The translations under genes and the position numbers were made by a program. DNA of 58,474 nt, the filler included, from Squatina squatina (taxonomy: Eukaryota): assembly GCA_031763465.1 (NCBI GenBank). It is 3 parts of 3 records of this genome, joined end to end, with 100 filler letters (N's around TTAATTAATTAA, not from the genome) between each part and the next. Parts side by side here need not be neighbours in the genome. Positions count along the whole stretch, not along the records: positions 1 to 13,711 come from JARFOE010000115.1; positions 13,812 to 40,153 come from JARFOE010000120.1; 1 more part is not named here. One strand, given 5' to 3'. Position 1 is the stretch's first letter; each line of letters opens with the position of its first letter. The notes beneath the pieces are model-generated. The model had not been told where the DNA came from. It saw only the letters and a program-made list of their open reading frames with translations, and ran no database searches. Positions 10,098 to 22,919 of this stretch are shown piece after piece.

Positions 10098-13000
10098 AAG
10101 TTAATCATGCAAGTGTCTTGGATTCTAAGCTTATTAATAACCTGTCATCACAGAAAATCTCAAAGTGTGTTGATAGTATTAGGATTTTCTTAACTCAAAC
10201 TGCGAGGCTACAAACTTGCTTATGGCTATTGCAGCTCCATAATTAGCCAGCAAGATCTATATCACTAACCATGTCCGGTTTTCATATCCCTGCGGTGGTT
10301 TATTTATATATCCCTGATTTGCTAGGTCTCCTTAAAAATGTCTTTGTACTATTCATCTGAAAAAAAGCACCAGTAAGTGCCATATACACAAACACACATG
10401 CTAAAAGCACCATGTTCCAGTCAATATAAAATGTGATACTTTACTAAAACAAAGAGATTGTGAAGGTTAAAGCTCCCAGCTTTTATAGAATATATTAGTG
10501 ACTCATTAAAAGCACTAAAGCCTTGTTTGCATTAAAAGCCATGACAACCAGAGATTTGCCAGAACACTGAAAGGGATTTCTTATCAGTGCTTGTCCATGC
10601 AGTCTCAGCTGTCACATAAGTTGGGTTTATATATGTCTGCATCTATCTTTGATCATCTAACTGTATGCTCCCAAGAGAAGAGCCTTTCACGTTGCTCTTT
10701 ATTGACTCACTATGCTTGGTGAATACATGTGTAATTTAATAACATTCATACTGGCTNNNNNNNNNNNNNNNNNNNNNNNNNNNNNNNNNNNNNNNNNNNN
10801 NNNNNNNNNNNNNNNNNNNNNNNNNNNNNNNNNNNNNNNNNNNNNNNNNNNNNNNNACTTCTAAGTCAGATGATTTATAACTGGATATTTTGGTGTGCTA
10901 GTATTTGGACTTCATTTTATTATTGATCTTCTGACATGTTTCTGCTGGAAGCAATTTTCCATTTTTTTTAAGCTAATGGTAAAATCACATTCAGCTCTGG
11001 AGAAAGGCAAAGTTTTACATGGATAACATGACGGTGTTTGATGGCATTTTACTATCATAATAAAAATGATTAGATCATGAAAATGAACATGCATATTGAT
11101 CACCAAAGTAACGCCATGCTTACTGAGTGCTTGGCGTGATCGAAGACTGAGAGTTGCTTTCTACCCCATCCCCCTCCTCCCTTTTCTTTGATTGTTAAAC
11201 CTTGGGGGTTTAGATGGTTCAATACACTTCTTTTCATTCCTTCCTGTTTTGTCTGGATCTTTTTACTTGAGTGCAGCTGCGCCTACTACCTATCGAGGTA
11301 TCGGCCCTGGCCAAGTGGTTTGTTTAATGTAAGCAAGGTTAGGCAGAATCCTACATCAAACGCTACCTCTCAAAGCGCTTTGACCTTTTCTCTGGGGCAG
11401 ACAGGACCTGGCTGTTAGAATTCAGCTGGGAGAATCAACGAGATTAAAACGGACTGGTTTTAAGAAAGAGGACGGAAATAGATTTCAACAGGGAGCGGTT
11501 GTGTGACTTTCTCGTCAGAGGCAGTCTCAAGGTTGTTGTAAGGAGGGACTTGCTTNNNNNNNNNNNNNNNNNNNNNNNNNNNNNNNNNNNNNNNNNNNNN
11601 NNNNNNNNNNNNNNNNNNNNNNNNNNNNNNNNNNNNNNNNNNNNNNNNNNNNNNNAATGCCCAACCAGGTTCATTTCAATTACTTCCACTACTCTTTTAA
11701 TCAAATAAAATAACACTTTTGTAGCCATTGATTACTCGGCCACTGTTTATCTTGGATCCATATGCTATTGACTTGTACCCAGCTAAGATGTAATAAAAAC
11801 TAACTTATCTGAAATACTATTGATTATTACAGTGAATTACTGCAAAGTTGGAGATTGAGTTTTGTTAATGTTGTGATCATTGGTGAAGTAATTTTACAGC
11901 CAGCATTAAACCACTCATGAAAGTTAGAAATGTGGCTGGCACAATTAGAGAAATTATTCTGTCACTGCCTCCGTGTGATACCTTAACACCTGACGTGCTT
12001 AAAAAGTGACATGATTGCTTAAGATTCCTTTTGTAATGATGCTTACATTTCGGGAAGATTTCATTTGCTGAACTTGATTATGACATTTTGAAGCTATGAA
12101 ATAAGAATCCCCTTGTGGATTTTCTAGTTAGCTCCNNNNNNNNNNTGTACTTGGTGTGAATACTGGATGTCTGTTCCGGAGCAGATTGTAAGCCACAAGG
12201 CTGAAGCGATGATGTGCAAGATATTATCATTGGCAAATGCTATGAATTTCTGATTACTAATGAATACAGAGAAGGCCTTCAGCCTGTCTGAAAAAAATGC
12301 AGTGAGTCTAACCCTGCTGTTTTGATGTACTGAATCCAACAGGTGTTGTGTGTCCACGGTGTAAGGGCTCAATACTACTGCTGGACTGATCTCCTACCCT
12401 GTATTCTGGGTACGGAGTCCAGTGAACCATAGCTGTCTGATTTTCTACCGCAGTTGCTGCTTTCTGCCGGTTTGTTCCTACAACAAAGTCTTACTTGCTG
12501 ATGTCTATCCAGCTGGGTTTTCACCTCCCACGTAGATATTTCCAGCTGGCTATTACTCATGGGGGTATTTTGCAATGTAATGAGGCAGCATAATAGAATT
12601 CCTACCAGTGTAACTACTGCTCTCCATTGGCCATTGATAGTCGTCTCTGCCTGGCCCATTCTCTCGGGTAGTGTTCATAGATTTGTGGTGTCTGATTCAG
12701 ACTGTCCTCTATAAAAGTAGCCCATTTTGTAGCACTGATCNNNNNNNNNNNNNNNNNNNNNNNNNNNNNNNNNNNNNNNNNNNNNNNNNNNNNNNNNNNN
12801 NNNNNNNNNNNNNNNNNNNNNNNNNNNNNNNNNNNNNNNNTGCTGTGCGAATGGAGCTCTTGACTCGGTGAAGGTTTGGAAACTCCAACCGTGTAAAGTT
12901 ACTTAAAATATTTCATTCCACTGTTACAGGCTGCAAGAGGGGGTTTCTGATTAGGACTGTTCAGTTTGTAAAGCAACAGCCAGCCCTGGCATGAATGATC

Positions 13001-13711
13001 GTATGACTGCTTTACACATTTGCTGCTCCATCACTCATCAGCTTGACTGTCTATGTTATGGCAGTAAATGGCACATGTACTATGGGAGTAACCTTTATTA
13101 AAGGTCCCTGTGAAACCCCTATCGTGCTTTAGAAACAGAAGCTCCTGCACACATGCAAATGAAATTATATGCCAATACAACCCCTTTGGGACCAAGTGGT
13201 AGTACATCATTAGGCAGAGAAGGGCACATTGTGAATGTGCCTGTCAGTTTGAAGCTGAATTTCATTGTCTGCACTGCTGAAGAATTTTATAACTCACTTT
13301 CTAATGAATCAGTTTCAGTACAGTTGGAAAATTTCACTCAAACTGCTTTGCAAAGCTCAGTTTTGTGAGCAACACTACTGTGTACCTCCTGCTGACTTCA
13401 CTGCTTCACTGTCACTTCACATCTTGTATAGCGTGTTGCAACTCCACCCTCTCCCACTCAGAGCTTCCTATTGATACCAAAGGAACATTTTATTATTTTC
13501 AAGCCTGACTTACAATCATACGGGAAAAAAAAGACAGGGAAGAACCAACTGTTTTTTGAAGCATGTCTCATCTCACCCCGGTGCAATCTACACTCACCGT
13601 CAACTCCTTCCACCACCACCACCCACCACCCGCACCCCCCCCCCGCCCCCAATCCCCAACCCCACAGTCACGCAATCTCCTGGGCAAGGTGAAAAAACTA
13701 TAGGCCAACTT

Positions 13712-13811
13712 NNNNNNNNNNNNNNNNNNNNNNNNNNNNNNNNNNNNNNNNNNNNTTAATTAATTAANNNNNNNNNNNNNNNNNNNNNNNNNNNNNNNNN
13801 NNNNNNNNNNN
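13712..13811. other. Artificial scaffolding linker: 44 N + TTAATTAATTAA + 44 N
   Basis: Palindromic six-frame-stop 12-mer at 13756-13767, centred in a 100-bp gap. An identical structure is at 40154-40253. Confidence 0.93.
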
Positions 13812-15200
13812 CACTGAGAATTTAACATAGAGAAGACTTTTTATCGAGCAAAGGCAAAATCTGTATGTCACTTGAGAAGTCTGAGCGCGTCTGAGTCACA
13901 CACATCCTTCACTGTGACTGAAATCTCGAAATTTCTTTTTGCTCTGAGAAATTCTGGTACTGAATGAGGTTTGCCAGAATTCTTAGCTTTCCCATTTCAG
14001 CCATTGCTAAGTTCTCAATTACCTGCTGTTTCTCCCAATTGGCAGTGGGAAACATGACGCAACAAAATTAAATAAAAATGATGCTTTCAATCATATGATT
14101 GCAAGTCGCACTTTATGTCGCAGCACGAAGATGTGACCAAATATACTTATTAAAAAAAGAATATGCTGCCATTTATGAACAATCTGTGATTATGAAGGGC
14201 TTTGCATCAATTCTGTCCTCATTAGGTTCTTCAAGCTGTGGTAAACACAGCCTTTGCAGTGGCATCATTTCACTCGACAGTCCAGGATACTGGTGCAGTA
14301 TCTGTGAACAGCTTGCCTGCCAGCCCTCTCTGTCACCATGGGAGGAGCATACTAGTGTGACCCAAGCAGGGAAAGAAATTAATATTAAAGATCTTAATTT
14401 TTGATGATGCTATATAAAACTTCAACATGTAATCAGTAGCACGGGTTAAGTCAACATGTCAAGCTTGTATTGTAAATGAGGACTGGAAATGTCATTATTT
14501 GTGCCATAACATGCTGCAAATGTAAAACACCATGTAGCACACACAAATTTCCTCATTACAATGCTTCTGAAGCATTGTGTGTGTTGAAAGAATCTGTCAA
14601 TCAGCAGTCGGGTTAAAGATTTTTTGCCATTTGTTGTACCGTACTCTCTGTGGGATGGTCGCAAGACACCAGCTGAATTAGTAAGTGGCATGACCCATCT
14701 CTTCCTGTGCTGGTTTTACAGCGGCCCTGATAACAGTTGAGTAATTATTCCTAACGATCCACTAATCATCCTGGAACAGTTTCCTGCTGAGCTGCGGTTT
14801 TAGGCCTCTGGAGAACAGCAATCGCAGGCTGTCCACTTGCATGGCCGCAGTCCATTATAGTCTCATGCAACATTCAGGGCCAGGCGAATTACTAATGACC
14901 CACAAAAATAGTAATTATCAACATGAAACTAATCACTCACAATATGTTCCTCAGATTACTATTGAAGACGGTTCAGGCCTCAAAGGAATTCAATTCTGCA
15001 TTAATAAATTAACATTAGCATTCTGAGTGGAGGGGATATTACTTTGTAGTGATCTGGCAGAATCAGAATGTGCACAGATTCGAGAAATGTTTTGTATCGT
15101 TGTCAATTCTCCCTTTTTAGGTTTATCCTGCCATAACAGGCATTTAAAAGATTCAATAGGCACTGTTCTTTGCAAACAGATGACATCTGTGCCTCCATGC

Positions 15201-15437
15201 TAGGGTGACCAGATGACCCGGTTTTGCCGGGACAATCACGGTCTTTGAGGGAATATCCTGGTGTCCCGACATTTACCTTAAAATTGCTCAAATGTCCTGG
15301 TTTTTGGTGCCCACTTGACTGCGCATGCGTAGTTCCGGCGAAGAACGGACAGCGCAGGCGCAGCCCCCGTGGTGACCAGATTGCGCATGCGCAGGCTGAT
15401 TGTCCTGGTTTGAGACTCTTCAGATCTGGTCACCCTA
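15201..15437. mobile_element. Intact 237-bp non-autonomous hAT transposon (Blackjack/MER81-like MITE)
   Basis: Perfect 14-bp TIRs TAGGGTGACCAGAT / ATCTGGTCACCCTA. 8-bp TSD CTCCATGC (15193-15200) / CTCTATGC (15438-15445), one mismatch. Confidence 0.92.
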
Positions 15438-15773
15438 CTCTATGCTGTACGAAATCTTGGATAGTTCAAACCTAGATTCAATAACTTGCCACCTTTATAC
15501 ATCAGAAAGTCACCTCAAAGTATAACCACTTCCAGTCCCAATAAAGAGTTTTTTTTTAATGATCGCATTGGGCAGTGTTTAAATGCTCTTTTGGGTTATG
15601 CTACATCAGAAGCTCTATTAAAAGGAGCTTGTAGATGCATTGAGAATCTAATATAGTTTGCTATATTGAAGATCTAAAATAGTTCAGTACATTGAGGACA
15701 AAACATAGTTTAGTATTTTGAGAATCTAACAAAATTTGACACTTTAAGGATCTCACATAATTTGAAAAGTTCA

Positions 15774-16038
15774 GGGGCGGCCAATTTGTGGTCAAACTTC
15801 CAGCGTCAAATCGGCGCAAAACTGGCGTTAGGCCACTTTTAGCGCTGAAACACGGGCGCAAAATTCGGGTGTCGTTTGCGCCAACGCTAAACGGGCGCAA
15901 AGCCCATAACGCTCGAGGCGCTGCCGTTAGTCTAAATGCGGCGCTGTGATGTCATCAGTGCGCACACCGCCCAAAATGGCCGCCTGTCCAAAATTGCACA
16001 GTCTCACTGTGCACTAAATCCAGCGGTGACAACGCCTG
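15774..16038. mobile_element. CpG-rich non-autonomous DNA-transposon-like fragment, truncated by gap
   Basis: Abrupt CpG-rich patch in AT-rich DNA with reiterated GGCGCAAA/TTTGCGCC subterminal motifs. The second end is not visible. Confidence 0.5.
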
Positions 16039-17153
16039 NNNNNNNNNNNNNNNNNNNNNNNNNNNNNNNNNNNNNNNNNNNNNNNNNNNNNNNNNNNNNN
16101 NNNNNNNNNNNNNNNNNNNNNNNNNNNNNNNNNNNNNNCTTATAAGGTTGTCATAGAACAATTTTGAATACTGATAGGGCAATACATAGAACAATAATCT
16201 CATAAAGCTGCCTTTACAATATTTCCATTGTTTCACAAATATAAACTTTCCATTACAGGGGAAAATTGTTGCTACTTTTGTTGGAGAAGTAAGACGTGAC
16301 ACTCAGGGTGTTTGAGCTGTGCCACACTAAGAATTGTTTCATATGAAAGCCTATCATATTACCATGTATTGCTGTTATGAGTTTCCGGATGATCTTTTAT
16401 CTTTCATTCTTCCTTTCAGATTTGATCATTCTGATCTTTCAAGCTGCATCTATCTTCCTGCTCCATCCAGGAGCTTTGTTTTCTGCATTTTCTTTTTCTC
16501 AGATCAATTTCATTTAAAAGGACACATTTATCTCTGTTATCTCGCCAGCCCTGTCTCCGTGCCCTCTAGCTTTACAGCTGCCTCTAACCACATCGACTCT
16601 CTTGGGTTTTCTACTGTGTGGACAAGACAGCTCCAAACAATCGCAACTTCGCCCCATTCTCCTCTGTATTATCTGGATCCATATACTGATCAAAGTCCCA
16701 CTGAATAATTAAAATCCGTGTAACAAAATATCAGCTGCTTTGCAATAAAATGTGTCTCATAGAGAGAACTGACCTAACAGGCTGAGTTTCGTGATGCAGC
16801 ACTAGTTGACATTTCTCATTTCAAACCTACCCTTGAGTTTTAGTTCTTATTCAAATGATAGATTCCAGATGGGTCACTTAATAGTAAAGGTGTGCTTTAT
16901 TTCTTGGTCACCAGGGGAGAACTGTACGTTAGCTCCACAGCGAGGCATACTTCTCAAAGGAGAAATCAAAAGTTGTACAATTTATACACAGAAAGTGGTT
17001 AATTACAATACTACTGTGTCTTACCTAATCTCTTTTAATCCAATCACAACGTTNNNNNNNNNNNNNNNNNNNNNNNNNNNNNNNNNNNNNNNNNNNNNNN
17101 NNNNNNNNNNNNNNNNNNNNNNNNNNNNNNNNNNNNNNNNNNNNNNNNNNNNN

Positions 17154-18136
17154 AGAGTCAGCACCATCAGAGTGTCAGCACCCGCAGAATGTCAGCACCA
17201 TCACAGAGTCAGCACCATTAGAGATTCAGCACCATCAGAGAATCAGACATCAGAGTGTCAGCACCATCAGAGAGTCAGCACCATCAGAGTGTCAGCACCA
17301 TCAGAATGTTAGGACCATCAGAGAGTCAGCACCATCAAAGTGTCAGCACCATCAGAGTGTCAGCACCATCAGAGAGTCAGCACCATCAGAATGTCAGCAC
17401 CATCAGAGAGTCAGCACCATCAGAATGTCAGCACCATCAGAGTGTCAGCACCATCAGAATGTCAGCACCATCAGACTGTCAGCACCATCAGAGGGTTAGC
17501 AACATGAGAGTGTCAGCACCATCAGAATGTTAGCACCATCAGAGAGTCGGCATCATCAGAGTGTCAGTATCATCAGAGAGTCAGACACCAGAGAGTCAGC
17601 ACCATCAGAGAGTCAGACATCAGAGAGTCAGCACCTTCAGAGAGTCTGCACCATCAGAGTGTCGGCATCATCAGAGTGTCAGCACCATCAGAAAGTCAGA
17701 CATCAGAGAGTCAGCACCATCAGAGTGTCAGCACCCTCAGAATGTCAGCACCATCAGAGAGTCAGCACCATTAGAGATTCAGCACCATCAGACAATCAGA
17801 CATCAGAGTGTCAGCACCATCAGAGAGTCAGCACCATCAGAATGTTAGCACCATCAGAGTGTCAGCACCATCAGACTGTCAGCACCATCAGAGTGTCAGC
17901 ACCATCAGAATGTTAGGACCATCAAAGTGTCAGCACCATCAGAGTGTCAGCACCATCAGACTGTCAGCACCATCAGAGTGTCAGCACCATCAGAATGTAA
18001 GGACCATCAAAGTGTCAGCACCATCAGAGTGTCAGCACCATCAGAATGTTAGGACCATCAAAGTGTCAGCACCATCAGACTGTCAGCACCATCAAAGTGT
18101 CAGCAACATCAGAGTGTCAGCACCATCAGAGAGTCA
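17154..18136. repeat. 17-bp minisatellite (GTCAGCACCATCAGAG[T/A])n, ~58 units, forming a whole contig
   Basis: Directly visible, with occasional 15-bp deletion variants (TCAGACATCAGAGAG). 100-N gaps on both sides. Confidence 0.97.
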
Positions 18137-18236
18137 NNNNNNNNNNNNNNNNNNNNNNNNNNNNNNNNNNNNNNNNNNNNNNNNNNNNNNNNNNNNNNNN
18201 NNNNNNNNNNNNNNNNNNNNNNNNNNNNNNNNNNNN

Positions 18237-18421
18237 GGCAGCGGAAGGAGCGCGCGGAAACCCGAGCATCCCACCCACTCACCCCATCAAACACCACCTG
18301 CCCCACCTGTGGTGGAGTTTGCGGATCCAGTACAGGACTACTTAGTCACCTCAGAACCCACAACCCCGGAGTGGAAGCAAGTCATCCTCAGCAATAAGGG
18401 ACTTCCTAAGAAGAAGAGAAG
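18237..18421 (+). mobile_element. RTE-clade LINE 3' end (second copy)
   Basis: TTCPTCGGVCGSSTGLLSHLRTH plus AAGAAGAAG tail. CACCTCAGAACCCACAAC.CCGGAGTGGAAGCAAGTCATCCTC is shared with the 5003 copy. Confidence 0.8.
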
Positions 18422-19889
18422 GGTCCTGGGCCTACTTCAACTTGTTAAACTCTATAAATGTCCAGTGGAAGTCTGGCCAAATTCTCTTCAATACACCTTT
18501 AAGAAAAACGTGGCACTACAGCAGAAAGCATGTTGGAAAATGATAAACCAGAAAAAAAAGCTAGTCATACAGCCAAGATAAGGAGTGAATCCTATGGTTT
18601 AATTTTAATAATCCACCACTTTCCAACATGTGTATTCTGTTTAAATGAAAAGAAAATCAAAGTCGGCCTGAATTAAAGTAGAAATTCCTTCTGTAGCATA
18701 TGTAAAAAGGATTTGAATATTTATGACTAACTGTTTCTTTTTACTGCTACTGAATACCATATAACATATCCATATGACTCTCATTAGCTTTGCCACAGGA
18801 TAGTCAGAGCCTTCCACTGCAATGGTACTGCGGACTATATTAAAGATTTAGCAGCAGTCCACTGGCCTTCACCCCGAGCTCACCATACGTTGTATTAAGC
18901 TTGTTTCACAGATTCTTCTTCAGCTTTCCTTATGCTCTAGACTGCTCCTTCCCCCTCCCACAAACACATTTCTCTGCACATCCATTCTTTGACATTCCTG
19001 CAATAATTGACACCTCTTCAATTTGATATTCAAGATATCCTCACAGTGTCCTGTCTGAAATAGAAAAGGTACACTGGGAGAAGCAGAAAGGCTGGTCTGA
19101 GGTCATATTATGTATGTTACTTGCCTGAAAATGCCGTAGAAAATCTAACCAAGTTCTTTTCTTTCCATTTTCTGCTCATTAAGAATAGTACACTTTCCCA
19201 TTTCAGGCATCCGAGGCAGAAGCAGCATTGTTAAGTGCAGCGTAAATCTCCTACTCTGCACACAGATGTGACACCTATGATACTTCTCACATTGGCCCCC
19301 GTGTGGACTTTGAGCGAGATTGGTGATTTTATGCTCTTGCTCTACGAATGACATTGTCCAAAGTCTCCAACAATTTTTTTGTTAGAGGTTTGTGCCTGTC
19401 TAAGATGCCTGAATATTGAGATCAAGGGGATTCCAGAGACATGTCCTTAGCTGAAGAAACCCATCAAGGCAGCAGCCTCCAGCTCTCAGCATGACTCTGT
19501 GTTAACAACCTAGTGAAATTTTCCTTGTGATTGACAGCAAGATTGGCTATCACAGGGCATGCCAGGATTTGCTATTGCTAAGCCTCGACTTCTCCTACAC
19601 CCCTGTGTATCAAAGGAAAATTATTGCAGATGAAAACTCCTGGGGAACCACTTTTAGGAACAGTGAAAGTCATTTTAAATATGGATTTTTTTCATATAAA
19701 AATAACAATAACAAGCATGAATTCTTCAACTCTATCTGAGATATTTTTAAAATTATACTATGTAGTATTCTATCTCCTGCAATCACAGTTGGTAAGTGCA
19801 GTAAAACAGCCAAATGCAAATACAATGAAGAAAAACAAAACGGCAAGTTGGGAAGACCTAAGGATGCAACAACATCAACCTGTAGCTTC

Positions 19890-20089
19890 TGAAGGGACCG
19901 CTCCCTCCACGACACCCTGGTCCACTCCTCAATCACCCCTAGCACCCCCTTCCCTTCCCACGGCACCTACCTGTGCAAGCGTAGGAGATGCAACACCTTC
20001 CCTTTTACGTCCTCCCTTCGCACTGTCCAGGGCTCCAAACACTCCTTCCAGGTGAAATAACGATTTACGTGTACTTCCTTCAATTTAGT
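19890..20089 (+). mobile_element. Penelope-like retroelement fragment (Cys-rich linker before GIY-YIG endonuclease)
   Basis: Translates RRDRSLHDTLVHSSITP..GTYLCKRRRCNTFPFTSSLRTVQGSKHSFQVK*RFTCTSFNL. One in-frame stop; ends in a gap. Confidence 0.8.
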
Positions 20090-20702
20090 NNNNNNNNNNN
20101 NNNNNNNNNNNNNNNNNNNNNNNNNNNNNNNNNNNNNNNNNNNNNNNNNNNNNNNNNNNNNNNNNNNNNNNNNNNNNNNNNNNNNNNNNAATTAAGCAGA
20201 GTAATGCACCGTGTCTAGCATTATAGCATGACTAAATACACGATGTGAACTGTAAGTAAAGCACAATAATTAACATGCAGTCATGTGAAAGTGGGTTGTA
20301 AACAATTATACCGTCACCTCAGAAGTGAAAATTAGGTTACAGCTAATTATATGTTTCTAAAAGCTTGTTGTAATGAAATATTTGTTTCTCTTACCCTGCA
20401 TTAGTATCCTTGCAGAAACTCACAACAAATGTATCACCATTTTGGACAAAAATAAAGGTTTATTCCTCAAAAATAATGGTTTATCAGAGCCCCTTTCATT
20501 CCTGCACAGTTTTAAAAGCATTTGGAGAAATGTGGGCTTGATTTTGTATGTTCCCACCGAGGTCTCTTTAAAATGGTTTATTCGGGAGCAGATTTAGGAG
20601 ATGGATGATAGTGGTTGTTAATGGATCTGTTAGTAATTTTACAACTTATCCTGCTTGGTATTGAGCTGAAGAAACAAGTTGGATGCAGTAACTGATGTAC
20701 AT

Positions 20703-20768
20703 CCAGTGCAGTGCTGCACCGTCGGATATCCGTCTTTCAGATGTGAGGTTAAGCCAAAGCCCCGTCTG
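20703..20768 (+). mobile_element. DeuSINE (SacSINE1-like) fragment
   Basis: CCAGTGCAG..TGCTGCACCGTCGGA..GTCTTTCAGATG..AAGCCAAAGCCCCGTCTG matches the 38170-38240 part of the full copy. Confidence 0.65.
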
Positions 20769-21599
20769 NNNNNNNNNNNNNNNNNNNNNNNNNNNNNNNN
20801 NNNNNNNNNNNNNNNNNNNNNNNNNNNNNNNNNNNNNNNNNNNNNNNNNNNNNNNNNNNNNNNNNNNNTATGCCCAGCGTGATTGAAGTGCTAAGAGTCC
20901 GTCAATTTCAGCCCCCAGCACTCTTGTCCTGTAAGGACCTTCCTCTAGCATGGCCAGTCTTACAAAGCAGGATCATAGTTATAAACAACTGTACAATCAA
21001 TTTAAAGAGGTTAATTCAGAGCACCACAAACTGACTCATGTTGCCGATCTACTGCGAGTAGCAGGAGCTCTGCAGTGTAAAAGGGGTTCATCTGCTGGAG
21101 AACAAATGATATGCATTATTAGTTTAATTTCCATTATCAATGCTAATAAGTTATGCCTCAATGCTATTTGTAATTTTGCTACCGTAAAGACTAGAGCTCA
21201 TGGCACTCCCAACCCTCTTAGATCTACTGATTTATTTGGTTTACTTCTTCCTTCCTTCCATAATAATGTCTTGTCAGCTCTGTGGACCATTGATTTATTG
21301 CGCAGATGTGTTTCTGATCTTTATTAAAGAGGAACTTTAATTTTCACTGTCTGTTGCAATAGATAATGAAGCAATAGTGTGAGAGGTTCGTCCATGATGA
21401 ATATAACTAATCCTAAACCACCTCTAACCCTCTGTCCCCTGATCTGCTTTTGTTCTTTAACTTAATCCACTTGGTGACTTGTACTAAGGTGGGTTTAAGG
21501 GAAAAGGCCAACATATTGTTTTTTTTTCTCCCTCGAAAAGAACATCAGGCGGAAAATGCACTTGCTTTATTCTATTTCACTTTTATATTGAATTGCATG

Positions 21600-21704
21600 T
21601 AATGTACAGACCCAGGCCATTCGGCCCAACTGATCCTTGCCGAAGTTTATTCTCCACACAAGCACCCTGCCACCACTGTTCATCTAATCCTATCAGCATA
21701 TTTT
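21600..21704 (-). mobile_element. CR1-type 3' tail fragment
   Basis: Reverse complement contains GCTTGTGTGGAGAATAAAC..CAGTTGGGCCGAATGGCCTG, the CR1/HE1-type terminal motif. Confidence 0.65.
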
Positions 21705-21814
21705 TCCAATTTTCTTCACATTTTCACACCTCCTCATCTCCTGAAACTGCTAATGCTACAGCACAGTTCCATGGGCGTTGTGAGGCCTTCTTCATACACT
21801 GAGTACGGACAGTT

Positions 21815-21987
21815 GGGCTAGATTTACAACTTGCCGCCTTTGCTTAAAACTGGCGTTGCTGATTGGCTGCCCACTATAGAAGCTACCCGATCTTCATTTT
21901 CATTGAAATTCAAGACTGGGTGGATTCTATAGTGTGTCCGATCCATATCGCCAGTTTTACACCTAGGCTGCAAGTTGAACATTTACC
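21815..21987. mobile_element. ~173-bp fold-back (palindromic) MITE
   Basis: Nested inverted pairs: CAACTTGC.GCCT/AGGCTGCAAGTTG, TAAAACTGGCG/CGCCAGTTTTA, ACTATAGAA/TTCTATAGT. Confidence 0.75.
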
Positions 21988-22919
21988 AGGTGAGTGGCAA
22001 ATATTAAAGAAATCGAATAACTATCACTAATACTCATACTGTGGANNNNNNNNNNNNNNNNNNNNNNNNNNNNNNNNNNNNNNNNNNNNNNNNNNNNNNN
22101 NNNNNNNNNNNNNNNNNNNNNNNNNNNNNNNNNNNNNNNNNNNNNTCACTGTGCCAAAGGTTAGATGACAATTCTGAATAAATATTTCATTAAATATAGT
22201 GCTGTGCAGCAACCATTGATTGGAAGCTCTTCTCCAACATTGAGGAAATGAATTAGCTTGCTGCAACACAGATCTGAACTGTTACCTTTCATACCATCTT
22301 CCTTGTGACTTGGTCAAGACCACGACACATCAATCACACACTTTTAGCAAAATTACCTCTATATGCTCACACATCTGCACACCATTTTCTAAATGGGTTT
22401 TAATATTCAATTAAAGTATTAGTATCCAAGGTCGAGTGATTTATTACTGCATTCGAAGACAACCCAGAGGCTCGGTTGTGTTAATTGATATTTAATAAGG
22501 CATGCATTCCAGTTAACTGTAAAATTCACCCTATCTATTCAACGTTAATGGTCTGCACACTCAGCTGTCAAATATTTTGATTGAAATTTATGGTGAAGAT
22601 CTGGATCAGTAAGTACAAGGAACAGTTTTCATTTCCAATCCCTGCTCTGATTACCATAAGAATCTTATATTTGGTTAAGGGAGCTGCACTCGAGCTGGAA
22701 ATTTTGGACTAACTATGACCAATACCTCTGTTTGCCAATACTACAGAACCAGATAAACAAGGTGCATTCTCAAAACGCCAAGCTAGTTTCCAGTTGGCAA
22801 ATGGCCTTTGTGTCTTTCTTTTTGCGTTCCAAATGCAGTGCTTGTCTCTGTCATCTTATTCCTGCAGACCCTACCAAAAGGAGTGAGAAAATGCAAATCT
22901 CTGACTGGTGCCCCTAATA

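Noticed and set aside
17154-18136. CRISPR array, or repetitive protein (SAPSECQHHQSVSTIRV ORFs)
   Set aside because: Units are head-to-tail with no unique spacers, there are no cas genes, and the context is eukaryotic. The ORFs arise because a stop-poor 17-mer cycles through all three frames.
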